Shown: one piece after another, positions 42,901 through 53,091 of the stretch
How positions within the stretch are numbered: position 1 is the first letter of the stretch
Layout of the letters: each line of letters begins with the position of its first letter
Source: Carpediemonas membranifera BICM
Lineage: Eukaryota > Protista > Fornicata
Length of the DNA stretch: 64,000 nucleotides
Reading direction: 5' to 3'
NCBI GenBank assembly: GCA_019828565.1
Contig: JAHDYR010000005.1
Coordinates: forward strand, 397,200 to 461,199
Position numbers and translations under genes: made by a program
Notes under the pieces: generated by a model
What the model saw: only the letters and a program-made list of their open reading frames with translations
The model's database searches: none
Told to the model about the DNA's origin: nothing

Positions 42901-45651
42901 TTAAAAGTGGGGCCCGAGAAGGCTGAGGTTCATCCTCCTGGTGAGGTCCTCGTTTGTTCTGATGGCGTCAGCGACATAGCTGCGGAGGGAGGTGACGTCC
43001 TTCCATGTGCCCATTGAGAGGATCACCTCCAGCGGGACTCCTGATAGAGCCATCTCCGACGCTGCCCCCTTACGGAAGCTGTGGAGACCCGTCCGTGGAC
43101 CGAACAACGCCTTCACGACTCGTCGGAGGTGTGCGGCTGTGAGCGGTTTGTCTCTGCTCAGGCGCCCGTTGACTATGACTCGCCAGATGGGGGTGTCATC
43201 AGCCAGGTAGTGTGTGCCCTCGACCCAGCGTCTAAGTGCCAAGGCCGGGTTGAAGGCGGCTGATAGCCATACGTATGGTACGCGCTTCTTAACTCCCGTT
43301 AGGATGGTCTTGGTCCGCTGAATGTGTAGGAGAATGTCGCCGTTCTTGAGTAGCTCCAGGTCGGCCGGGCATAGGGAGAGTATCTCGATGCCTCTGGACA
43401 CCGTCAGATAGGCGACTGCCCCAAAGAGACATGCCTGATATGACTCAAAGTCGTCACTCCGGCGCCCCAGTGCCTCGATCATCTCAGCCTTGGTGATGGC
43501 GCGCGAGCCGCCGGTAGTTCCCGCCGTGCTGGCGCCCTTAGCCGCCTGCTTAACGATGTACTTGGAGTTGGCGGGCGGATGCCAGTCTTTGAGGAACTCC
43601 TGTAGCTGAACAATCCAGTAGCCCTTCCTCGCCACGTTCGATGGCCCGCAGAAGGAGCCTTCGTCCTTGAGGAAGGCTACAAGCTGGTCTCGATCCGACA
43701 GGCTGCGATCGCGAGAGCCTTCGAACCTGGCCACCCAGCCGGCCACCGTCCGAGCAGACGCGTGATTAAGGTGAATCACTCTGTCCGACCTGAGGACTCT
43801 GTGGAAAACGTCCTGAACGCCATCACATTGAACCGTAGGCGTCCTCTGTCCTGTAGGTGAAGTAGGTGGGCCAGATCTGAGCTCGAAGCCGGGACGGAGA
43901 GACGGAGTTTCCAGGACGTCCAACTCTTGAGGAGTCTCATCTCCGGCGCTTGAACCTCTGGGTAGAGGAGAAAGACTGCTGAGGTCCAAGACCTCGGGTG
44001 TCCAGTCTGAGTCTGAACTCTCGCTGTCGCTATCTTCTGGACTATGGCTGCCATAGACGAATTGGGGGCCCAGAGGACGCGACATCCAAGCCTTACGTCT
44101 ACGTCCGTTGAGACTGTCTGGACTGGACCCCACTCCGCGAGGACAGATTCCATGCTGGACTCCAGAGAGGAAGGGAGTCGTGAGAAGCCTCTGGACAGCC
44201 GATCTGCTGCCAGGTTGATGATGCCCGGAGTGTGTAGTCCACGGAGTGTCAGGTTCCGGTCCTCCGCCTCCTTCTGGATCTGGGCTAGAATGTGCAGGGC
44301 CTGAGGTGGAGCCTTCGTAGACCCCGCCTTGTTGAGCCAGGCCAGAGCTGATGTGTTGTCTGAGAAGATCGATAGCTCGCGTTGGGAACTCTGTCTGCCG
44401 ATCAGACGGATGCCCTGTAGGATTCCCGCGAGCTCCTTCACGTTGATAGATTCTGCTCTTAGTTCTGGAGTGAACGTGCCCGAGGCTGAGGTCCCATACT
44501 CGCCGTGCACGGCTGCTCCCCACTTGACTCCAGATGCGTCTGTCGATACGACGAGGTCTAAGGAGGGGTGAGCGCCCCAAAGCGACTGAAGTTCTCTGAT
44601 GTCTCGGACTGGGCGCTCTCTTAGCAGTAGCAGCCACTCTTGCAGTAGCTCCTTGGAGAGTGGGTCCTGTTGAAGGTGTCTCAGCCGGAGGAAAGCCCCG
44701 TGGGCGGTTGTAGCGAAGTAAGTCAGTCTCCCGAGGATCTTGGCCCAAGTCTCCTGATCGATGGTCTTGCCTGCCAGAGCCTGATGAATGTGAGAGGAGT
44801 AACGTTTGGCCTTGTCCGCCGGGAGGCGTATTGTAAAACTCGCGGAGTCTATCACGAGCCCCAGATAGACCAATGACTGAGTCGGTGCCCATTCTGACTT
44901 CTCCTCTGAGGTGAGGACACAGAGGTCGGCTAGAGTCCGCCTGATGCGCGGCACCGCCCTCCTCAGGATTTCTCGGTCGCGGTGAAATAAGAGGAAGTCG
45001 TCGAGGTAGACAACGATGGTAAGACCCGTCCGAAGGGCTAGTATCTTGGCGAGTTGGTTGGTGATCGTCTGAAACACGAACGGCGATGCGCGCCAGCCGA
45101 AGCCTAGCACTCTGTACTGAAACGCTCGTCCGTCTGGAAGATAGACTCCTAGCAGCTTGCGGTCCTCCTTCCGTACTGGTACTTGATGGTACCCGGACTT
45201 GAGGTCGAACTTGACCATCCAGTCGCCCCTCTGGAGAAGGGAGAGAGCTCTGCGCAGACCGTAGAGCCGGAAGGATGAGCGCTCTGCCGAGCAGTCGTTC
45301 AGTATCGTGAGGTTGTGAATGATCCTCTTCGACTCGCCCTTCGGCACAGTAAACAGCGAGGCGGTGTGTCGCAGGGAAGAGGGATTCACTTGCTCTATGA
45401 CGCCTGTCTCTATCAAGGAAGGAATCTGCTGGACAATGAATGGGTCGACTGTCGGCTGTTGCCTTGGTGCTGGTGGTTGACTTCTCAGACGGATCTCGAC
45501 CCCGTATCGTAACCAGTTGATCACCCGTTGTGATGCTCCCAACCTCTGCCACTCCCTCCACGCCGCGTTCATGCATGGAAAGAGGGTTAGGTGTGGGCTC
45601 TCTTGCCGGAGGATCCTGTCTGAGTGCGACCTCGGTCCTGAGCGCGGCCAC
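42901..45651 (-). CDS. Tyrosine recombinase ORF, family D (frame open across the whole of pol; true start unknown)
   Basis: VSRGIE, RTKT, LHSFRKG, GTW and LRSYV. Confidence 0.88.
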   Translation of the reverse strand: MAALRTEVALRQDPPAREPTPNPLSMHERGVEGVAEVGSITTGDQLVTIRGRDPSEKSTTSTKATADSRPIHCPADSFLDRDRRHRASESLFPATHRLAVYCAEGRVEEDHSQPHDTERLLGRALILPALRSAQSSLPSPEGRLDGQVRPQVRVPSSTSTEGGPQAARSLSSRRTSVSVQSARLRLARIAVRVSDDHQPTRQDTSPSDGSYHRCLPRRLPLISPRPRNPEEGGAAHQADSSRPLCPHLRGEVRMGTDSVIGLSGARDRLREFYNTPPGGQGQTLLLSHSSGSGRQDHRSGDLGQDPRETDLLRYNRPRGFPPAETPSTGPTLQGATARVAATAKRAPSPRHQRTSVALGRSPLLRPRRIDRRIWSQVGSSRARRVWDLSLGHVHSRTKSRIYQREGARGNPTGHPSDRQTEFPTRAIDLLRQHISSGLAQQGGVYEGSTSGPAHSSPDPEGGGGPEPDTPWTTHSGHHQPGSRSAVQRLLTTPFLSGVQHGICPRGVGSSPDSLNGRRRKAWMSRPLGPQFVYGSHSPEDSDSESSDSDWTPEVLDLSSLSPLPRGSSAGDETPQELDVLETPSLRPGFELRSGPPTSPTGQRTPTVQCDGVQDVFHRVLRSDRVIHLNHASARTVAGWVARFEGSRDRSLSDRDQLVAFLKDEGSFCGPSNVARKGYWIVQLQEFLKDWHPPANSKYIVKQAAKGASTAGTTGGSRAITKAEMIEALGRRSDDFESYQACLFGAVAYLTVSRGIEILSLCPADLELLKNGDILLHIQRTKTILTGVKKRVPYVWLSAAFNPALALRRWVEGTHYLADDTPIWRVIVNGRLSRDKPLTAAHLRRVVKALFGPRTGLHSFRKGAASEMALSGVPLEVILSMGTWKDVTSLRSYVADAIRTNEDLTRRMNLSLLGPHF
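43776..45572 (-). CDS. Pol (RT-RNaseH-degenerate MT), family D
   Basis: DLKSGYHQ, LGFGW, YLDD, TDAS, NVKEL, SDN and AADRLSR. Confidence 0.93.
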   Translation of the reverse strand: MNAAWREWQRLGASQRVINWLRYGVEIRLRSQPPAPRQQPTVDPFIVQQIPSLIETGVIEQVNPSSLRHTASLFTVPKGESKRIIHNLTILNDCSAERSSFRLYGLRRALSLLQRGDWMVKFDLKSGYHQVPVRKEDRKLLGVYLPDGRAFQYRVLGFGWRASPFVFQTITNQLAKILALRTGLTIVVYLDDFLLFHRDREILRRAVPRIRRTLADLCVLTSEEKSEWAPTQSLVYLGLVIDSASFTIRLPADKAKRYSSHIHQALAGKTIDQETWAKILGRLTYFATTAHGAFLRLRHLQQDPLSKELLQEWLLLLRERPVRDIRELQSLWGAHPSLDLVVSTDASGVKWGAAVHGEYGTSASGTFTPELRAESINVKELAGILQGIRLIGRQSSQRELSIFSDNTSALAWLNKAGSTKAPPQALHILAQIQKEAEDRNLTLRGLHTPGIINLAADRLSRGFSRLPSSLESSMESVLAEWGPVQTVSTDVDVRLGCRVLWAPNSSMAAIVQKIATARVQTQTGHPRSWTSAVFLLYPEVQAPEMRLLKSWTSWKLRLSVPASSSDLAHLLHLQDRGRLRFNVMAFRTFSTESSGRTE

Positions 45652-46069
45652 CGCGGCGAAAATTAGCGTCGCGCTTATCGCCCTTAGACTTGGCGCGGGC
45701 CGCCAGTTCCAGGACCTCGTCGCGATCAGGCACGCCCTTCGCCTTGCAATAGTTCTCGAACCGCTCTGCAGTAGCGTCAGTGTACACGTCCTTGATTAGA
45801 AGGTACTGGATTCTTGCAAAGAGAATGTTCCCGATCTCCTTCATCTTTGCGCCGTTCTCGATCCTATTCATGGTCTTGTATACGAATCTGGCCTCATCTT
45901 CGAGGCCGAACCTCTTTGGCATCTCCAGGAACAGTGGACGGCGAGCTGCTTCTGCTTGCTGCTCCAAAATTGCTTCCGATTGTATCTTAACCAAGCGCTC
46001 CAGCTTCTCGATACGCTTGTTAAGCTCATCGGGACTGTCTTGCGGCGGCAGGTCTTCGTTATCAGACAT
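45587..46069 (-). CDS. Gag-like ORF1, family D
   Basis: ATG immediately after repeat A1; coiled coil; MPKRFGLEDEARF and LLIKDVY shared with E and F. Confidence 0.82.
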   Translation of the reverse strand: MSDNEDLPPQDSPDELNKRIEKLERLVKIQSEAILEQQAEAARRPLFLEMPKRFGLEDEARFVYKTMNRIENGAKMKEIGNILFARIQYLLIKDVYTDATAERFENYCKAKGVPDRDEVLELAARAKSKGDKRDANFRRGGRAQDRGRTQTGSSGKRAHT

Positions 46070-46183
46070 CCTGCCGATGCGTTTCGAAGTGTGACCTAAA
46101 GTGCACATTGATCGGCGCGCGCAGGTGCCAGTGATGGTCCTGTGACAGGATCGCGGGGCGAGATGCTAGAGTATCCTAGCATC

Positions 46184-49100
46184 CTAACTCATATCCAAAT
46201 GGGAAACCGACCAATCCCGTCCTCCTCAGGGAGTTAGCTGCACTATGCAAGCTTCTGTGCCAGCGGCTCCTTGCCGCCTCGGCTCACCGGACGTCGCCAT
46301 GACGATCCTCGGTGCGATGGTGTTTAATGGGATGAGAACAGTGTCTCAGCAGTTTTTCTTAACTGCGACGGATGATTTCTGATGGCCTCGCCGATGTAGG
46401 GGCGGAGTGAGTTGCCATTGGCCCATGTGCCCAGCTGTAGCAGGGTCTCGAGGGGTGTCCCGGCGAGGGCTAACTCGGAGGCGGCCCCCTTGCGGAAGCT
46501 GTGGAGGCCAACGCGGTCGTCGTTGAACGTCCTCCGGAGCTCATCTCGCATGTACCGCATGGAGGCCGCCTTCCGTCGGCTGATTGTACGGTCGGAGGTG
46601 ATGACTCTCCAGATGCCGACATCTGGCGGCAAGCGGAGGCCGAGAACCCATCTCTTCAGCGCGAATGCGGGGTTGAAGGGACCCAGTAAGACGTTCGGCA
46701 GGGATTTTGACACCTTAGTCTGAGTCTTGGTCTGGCCGATGAGGAGTTGGACGTCTCCGTTGGCTTTGAAGACGATGTCGTGAGGAGTGAGGCGGAATAT
46801 CTCTGCCCCACGGCTGACTGTTAGGTATGCGATCGCGGCGAACAGGGTCGCCTGGTAAGCCGAGACGCTGTCGTTCCGACGAGTGATTGCGCGCAGCATG
46901 TCCTCCTTGAGTATGGGCGCCGAGCCACCTGTCATGCCGTCCGTCGAGGCGTGGGCGGCGATGCCGCGTCGAATCTGAGAGCAGTAAGTGACGATGCTGG
47001 TGAACAGGTCTGGAAGGCGAGGGCCATGAAGCGGATATTCCCGTTCGGCTTGGCCAGGCGCTCTACGAGAGGGAGGTCGTCGGACGCGAAGTCGCTCCTG
47101 GGGATGGAGAAGGCGATCTTGCAAGTTGCCTGTGATTTGAGGAGTCGGAGCTCGGGCGATGTGATGTCTGGGACGACGAGGAAGACGGCTGAGGTCCAGG
47201 TTGACGGAGGGGATGTAGTCCGGGTCGCGAGGATCGAATTCAGGACTCGACAGACCCGACCCAGTATCATCGGCGACGGGGGTGGTGCCGCATAGATCCG
47301 GTGTCCGCGCCAGTCCCGGTCCATCCCGTCTTGCCAGGAGGTGGAAGCGAACCCTGGGAGGAGTAGACTGTGGTCTGGGTATGGAGTTACGTCTACGTCC
47401 ACCGGACCCCAGCTGGACAGGATCTGCTCGAGGACGTGGGGTGGTGTGAGCAACCCCCGAGATAGGCGGTCTGCAGCTAGATTGAGATGACCTGGAGTGT
47501 GATGGGCGCTGATGAGCAGTCTCTTCGCGCTCATCTCGCGGTAAAGGGAGTGGAGGATCTGCAGGGCCATTGGCGGAGCCTTCGAGCTGCCCTCCTTGTT
47601 GATCCAAGCGACACACGTGGTGTTGTCGGAATACACGGTCAGGCGTCTCGTCTGAGGCTGTGTTGGCACCAGGCGCGAGCCGAAGAGTACGGCTGCCAAC
47701 TCCTTCACGTTGATTGACTGATTGGCTAGCGCGCCATTGAAGGAGCCGTGGCTGCTCTGCGTGGTGGCTGCCCACTGGGCGCCCCAGCCCGAGCCTGAGG
47801 CGTCGGTTGATATGACCAGCTCGAGGGTCTGGTCGTTCTGCCACATGTTCTTCAGCTCCACGAAGGGGCGGCTTGGACGGCTGGACAACAGCTCTTGCCA
47901 TTCTCGAAGTTCTGAGGCGTAGGGTGTGATGTCGATCCAGTCCGAGGGAGCCCTTGGCAGTGACCGGAGCTTTAGTGTGGCTCTGTGGGCGGATGTCGCG
48001 AAGAAGGACAGCTTGCCGACCAGCTTCGCCCAGTCCTCCGCCTTCATGCGGCGTTGAGCGAGGGCGTCGGTAATGCACGCTTGGTATTTCTCCGCCTTGT
48101 CGACTGGAAGGCGAAGGGTCTGGTCTGCCGAGTTCAGAAGCAGACCAAGGAACTCGATGCACTGGCAAGGAACCAGAATGCACTTCTCTAGAGATGGTAT
48201 TAGTCCGAGGGCGTCCAGAGTTTGCATGGCCCGTGGTAGCTCTGCTTTGAGGTGGGCCTGGCTCTCGGCGGAAAGAAGAAAGTCGTCTAGGTATACGTTG
48301 ACTGTCACGTGGTGCCGCAGGGCGATTATCTTCGCTGCCTGGATCATGGTGGACTGGAAAAGAAGGGTGCCGCCGTCCACCCGAATCCGAGGGTGCGGTA
48401 GCGAAATGCTCGCCCGTCTGGAAGTACGATCCCCAGGAGAGGCTTGTCGCTGTCCTTGATGCCGAGCTGTGAATATCCAGACCGGAGGTCTATCTTGGCC
48501 ATCCAGGCATTCTTGCTGAGCGTGTTGATGGCCCGTCTGATGCCGAAGAGTCGGAAGGAGCGACGTTCTTTCGAGACGCGGTTGAGACGCGTGAGGTTGT
48601 GTATTACACGAATGTCCTGCCCCTTGGCCACGGCGAACAGAGGGGCGCTGTGGCGAAGTTCTGAAAGTCGTGTCGGCTCGATGATACCATCTTCCTGCAT
48701 CTTGGAGAGTTTGGGTAAGATACGCGGGTCGATCGAGTTTTGTGGACGCGCCGGAGGGGGAGGATGCGTGAGCTCGACCGGGATCCCTTCTCTGATCCAG
48801 CCCACGACTTGCTGAGAGGCCTTGAATCTTTCCCACACCCACCATCGCTTTTGAGTGGAGGGAAAGGCTAGGACCTCGAGCGGCGGCCGTTGTGGCCGCC
48901 CTCCGGTTGAAAATTACGCCTCTTGCGCTTACCTTTCATCTTGGCGCGGGCTATGATGGCGTCGATGTCTAGCTCTGACTCAATGACGGATGCCTTGAGG
49001 GCAGCAGCTGCATAGTCGGTTGCCGCGTCATCGTAATCGTCCTTGAGGAGCAGTAGCTTATAGCGGCCGAGGAGTCGGAGGCGAAGTGTGTTGGCATCGA

Positions 49101-49484
49101 GCATGTCGGTGGCGATGTCCCTTAGAAGCTCTTTGATGAATCTGGCTTCATCGCGGGGACCAAAGCGTTGCGGAAGTTCTAAATCGGCGAGCGTGTTGAG
49201 GAATGAGCGGTTTCTTGCATTGACTGGCTCGTCGTAATCGGGCCCCTGCGCGATGTTCGCTTCAACCGAAGCTAAACGGCCAGAAAGCTCGCCTAGAACC
49301 CTTAGTATCTCCTCTTGTTGCGGATTGGGCGTGCCCGTGTCTTCTTCGGGCATCTTTCGAATTCTGCCATATCCTGCACATCTGGTCGAATCAATCCAAC
49401 GATCAATAGTCTCCGGCCCGCGCTCCCCGCGGGACCCTCCGACCCTCAGCACCCCGGGTGCCCTGGTCGAGTGCTGCTCGCCAC
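46184..49484 (-). mobile_element. YR retrotransposon family E
   Basis: ORF1 48868-49353; pol 46932-48838 (frameshift near 48365); YR ending 46324 with an internal deletion. Bounded by ATGAGTTAG at both ends. Confidence 0.92.
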
Positions 49485-52400
49485 CTAACTCATACTCCCA
49501 AAGGGGAACACCGTCCGCAGATCTGAGGTAAGTAGAGTAATTACAGTGGAGTATGGCGGCTCCATGCCTGCCTCAAGTGCCAGCAGCTCCTTGCTGCTTT
49601 CGGCTGGACCGGGTGTCTCCTTGACGGCCTCCGGTGCGATGGTTTATGGTGTTAGAATGGGAACAGGGTGTTTGCAGTTTGTCGGGTTTGACGAGGGTGG
49701 TTGCGGATAGCCTCCCCGATGTAAGGCCGGAGAGAGTTGCCGTTAGCCCAGGTTCCGAGTTGGAGTAAGGTCTCTATCGGTGTGCCTGCTAGTGCCAGTT
49801 CGGAAGCCGCTCCCTTGCGGAAGCTGTGTAGGCCAATCCTGTTGTCGTGGAAGACTGTGCGTAGCTCCTCTCGCATACGTCGCATTGTGCACGGGGTCTT
49901 ACGGCTGACCTTCGATGAGGATGTGATCGCGCGCCAGATGCAGGCGTCCGGTGGAAGGTTCAAGCCTCGTACCCATCTCTTCAGGGCCAGCGCTGGGTTG
50001 AATGGGCCTAGTAGGGTGTTGGGTAGTGACTTAGTGACCTTTGCAAGCGTCTTTGTGCGACCAAGGAGCAGCTGGGCGTCCCCGTTTGCCTTGAACACGA
50101 TGTCAGCGCTCGTCAGGTTGAAGATTTCAGCTCCGCGGCTCACGGTCAGGTAAGCAATCGCGGCGAATAGTGTCGCTTGGTACGTCGCGATGTCGCTGTT
50201 CCTGGACTTGATGACCCTGATCATGTCCTCCCTTGTGACTGGGGCTGACCCGCCTGTCATGCCGGTGGTGTTGGCGTTGTCTGCTATGCCTCTTCTGATT
50301 TGTGGACAGTAGGTGCTGGGGGTCCAGTCGGAAAAGAGTGGGGCGGCCTTCTCGATCCAGTATCCCTTTCGATCGACCGTGGCTGGTGCATTATACTCGG
50401 CCTCGTCCTCCAGGAAGGCTCGGTACTCATCGGTGTCGTCCTCGTGTGGGTCGCGGTACTCAAGGAATGCTGTAATCCATCCGGCTACTGAGCGCTTGGA
50501 CTCGTCTCGGCGCATGTGAGACAGTATTGGGTGCTGCAGGATTCTGGAGAACGTGTCCTGAAGGCGAGAGCTATGAAGCGGATGGTCCCGTTTGGCCTGG
50601 AGAGACGGTCTAGGAGTTGTTGGTCCTCTGATGCGAAGTCGTCTTTCGGTACTGAGAAGGGAATCTTGCATGTCGCGTGCGCCTTGAGTTGTTGGAGTTC
50701 GGGGCTCGTAATGTCTGGCACGACGAGGAAGCATGCTGAGGTCCACGAGTTCGGAGGGGATGTAGTCGGGGTCGTTAAGATCGGTAGGAGGGTCTGCCAT
50801 GTCCGTCCCAAGGTCATCGGGGACGGGTGTGGCGCGGCATAAACGCGGTGTCCGCGCCAGTCCCTGAACAGGCCGTCCGGCCAGTGTTCGATGGTAAACC
50901 CTGGGAGGCGTAGAGTGCGGTCTGGGTGTGCTGTAGCGTCCACGTCGACGGGGCCCCAAGTCTCGAGAATTGTCTCCAGCACGTGGGGTGGGGTGGACAA
51001 CCCGCGTGACAGTCGGTCTGCGGCGAGATTGAGGTGGCCTCGGGGTGTGTCGAGCGTGTATGAGGAGCTTCTTGCGTTCCATCTCCTTGTAGAGTATCCT
51101 GAGTGTCTGTAGCGCCATCGGGGGGGCCTTTGAGCTGCCCTCCTTGTTGATCCAGGCGACGCACGAGCTGTTGTCTGAGAAGACCGTGAGATTGCGCTCT
51201 GAGTCCTGTGCTGGTATGATGCGTGAGCCAAAGAGGACTGCGGCGAGCTCCTTCACGTTGATAGATTGTTCCGCCAGTGCGCCCTTGAAAGAACCGTGGG
51301 AGTTCGCGGACGTGTTGGTCCACTGGGCTCCCCAGCCTGTGCCCGACGCATCTGTGGAAATAATCAGCTCTAGTTGCCGGTCCTGAGACCATAGGTTCTT
51401 CAACTCGGCGAAGGAGCGGGTTGGTCGGACGGCCAGGAGCTGCAGCCACTCCTTGAGGTCTGCTGTGTAGGGGTGGATGTCGACCCAGTTCTCCGTGGCA
51501 GAGGGGAGCGTGCGGAGCTTCAGGGTAGCCCGTCTTGCAGAGGTGGCGAAGAAGGAGAGCTTGCCTACGATCTTCGCCCAGTCTTTCGCGCGGATGCGCT
51601 TCTTGACGAGTGCTTCTGATAGGGCCTCTGCGTACCTCTTGGCCTTGTCGGCGGGGAGACGGATGGTGTTGGACGTGGTGTTCAGGAGCAGGCCAAGGAA
51701 TTCTATGCACTGGCACGGTGTTAAGATGCACTTCTCCAGCGACGGGATGAGGCCCAGTGCCTCCATCGTCTTGATGATCTTGGGTATTTCCTTGCTGAGG
51801 TGGTCTCTGCTGTCGGCTGACAGTAAGAAGTCGTCGAGGTAGATTGACGATTACCTTGTGGCGGAGGGCGATGACCTTTGCTACCTGGACCATAGCGGAC
51901 TGGAAGAAATAAGGCGCGGCGGTCCAACCGAAGCCTAGCGTGCGGTATTGGAACGCCCGACCGTCGGGCAGAGCGATGCCCAGGAGCGGTTTGTCCGAGT
52001 CTCTGATGGCCAGCTGTGAGTAGCCGGATCTTAGGTCTATCTTGGCCATCCAGGCCTGGCTGGAGAGTGTGTTGATGGCACGACGTATGCCGAACAGACG
52101 GAAGGAGCGGCGTTCGCGTGTGACCGTGTTCAGCCGCCTCAGGTCGTGGATCACTCTTATGTCTTCCCCCTTGGGGACAGCAAACAGCGGGGCGCTGTGC
52201 TTGAGCTGACTGAGGGGCGTCGGCTCGATGATTCCTTGTTGTGTCATTGATTCGAGCTTCGGAAGTATCCTCGGGTCGATGGTCCTCTGTGGGGCTGCCG
52301 GTGGTGGAGGCGCTGTGATCTCGACGGGGATTCCGTCTCGTACCCGCGCTACTACTGCTGGAGCTACCCTGAATTGTTCCCACACCCGCCATCGCGAACG

Positions 52401-53091
52401 GGTTGATGGGAATATTAGGAGCGGGCCCGGCGGCCGACGCTGCTGGAGCCCTGCTCCTGAAAATTCCGACGCTTACGCTTGCCCTTAGTCTTGGCCTTAG
52501 CGAGGATCGTCTCGATCTCCATCTCAGACTTCGGGGGCGTGGCTCGCAGGGCTGCAGTGGCGTAGTCACAGACGTTGTCGTCGTAGTCGTCCTTGAGGAG
52601 AAGGACCTTGAACCGGCTCAGGAGACGGAGCAGTAGATCGTTCACGTCGAGTGAGTGCGGGTCCGCGGTCGTCAGGAGACGCATGATCTCGCGTAGGAAC
52701 TTGGCTTCGTCGCGGGGCCCGTACCTCTTGGGGAGCTCCAAATCGAACAAGAAGGACGGAAAGCCTTGGAAGGTTCCCTGGGTTGCTTGCTCATCGGTTT
52801 CTAGCTCGTACTCTTCTTGTTCTACCTCCCTCTGGATGGATCTTTCCTCGATGTTCTCCATCTTCGTTTTCATGAACTCCAATGTGGCAGTTACGTTGTT
52901 GGTAAACTTTCGGAACTCTTCCTGGGATACAGGAGGTTCTGCGGACGTGCCCGATGTGCCTTCGGGCATTCGAAATTCTGATGCCATAAACTGCACGTTT
53001 CCGTGCGCCCTCTCGGGCGTCTCAGCCCACCCCGGGTGCCAATGGGCTCGAGTGGTACTCCCCGCTAGACTAGGCTAGCCACCTAACTCAT
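49485..53091 (-). mobile_element. YR retrotransposon family F, copy 1 (frameshifted pol)
   Basis: ORF1 52415-52987; pol 50485-52385; YR ending 49652. ATGAGTTAG at both ends. Confidence 0.92.

Larger units (their letters stand above)
42453..46152 (-). mobile_element. Complete YR retrotransposon family D with split direct repeats A1-ORFs-B1-A2-spacer-B2
   Basis: A1 46070-46152 equals A2 42607-42689; B1 about 42690-42744 equals B2 42453-42507. All three ORFs are uninterrupted. Confidence 0.95.
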
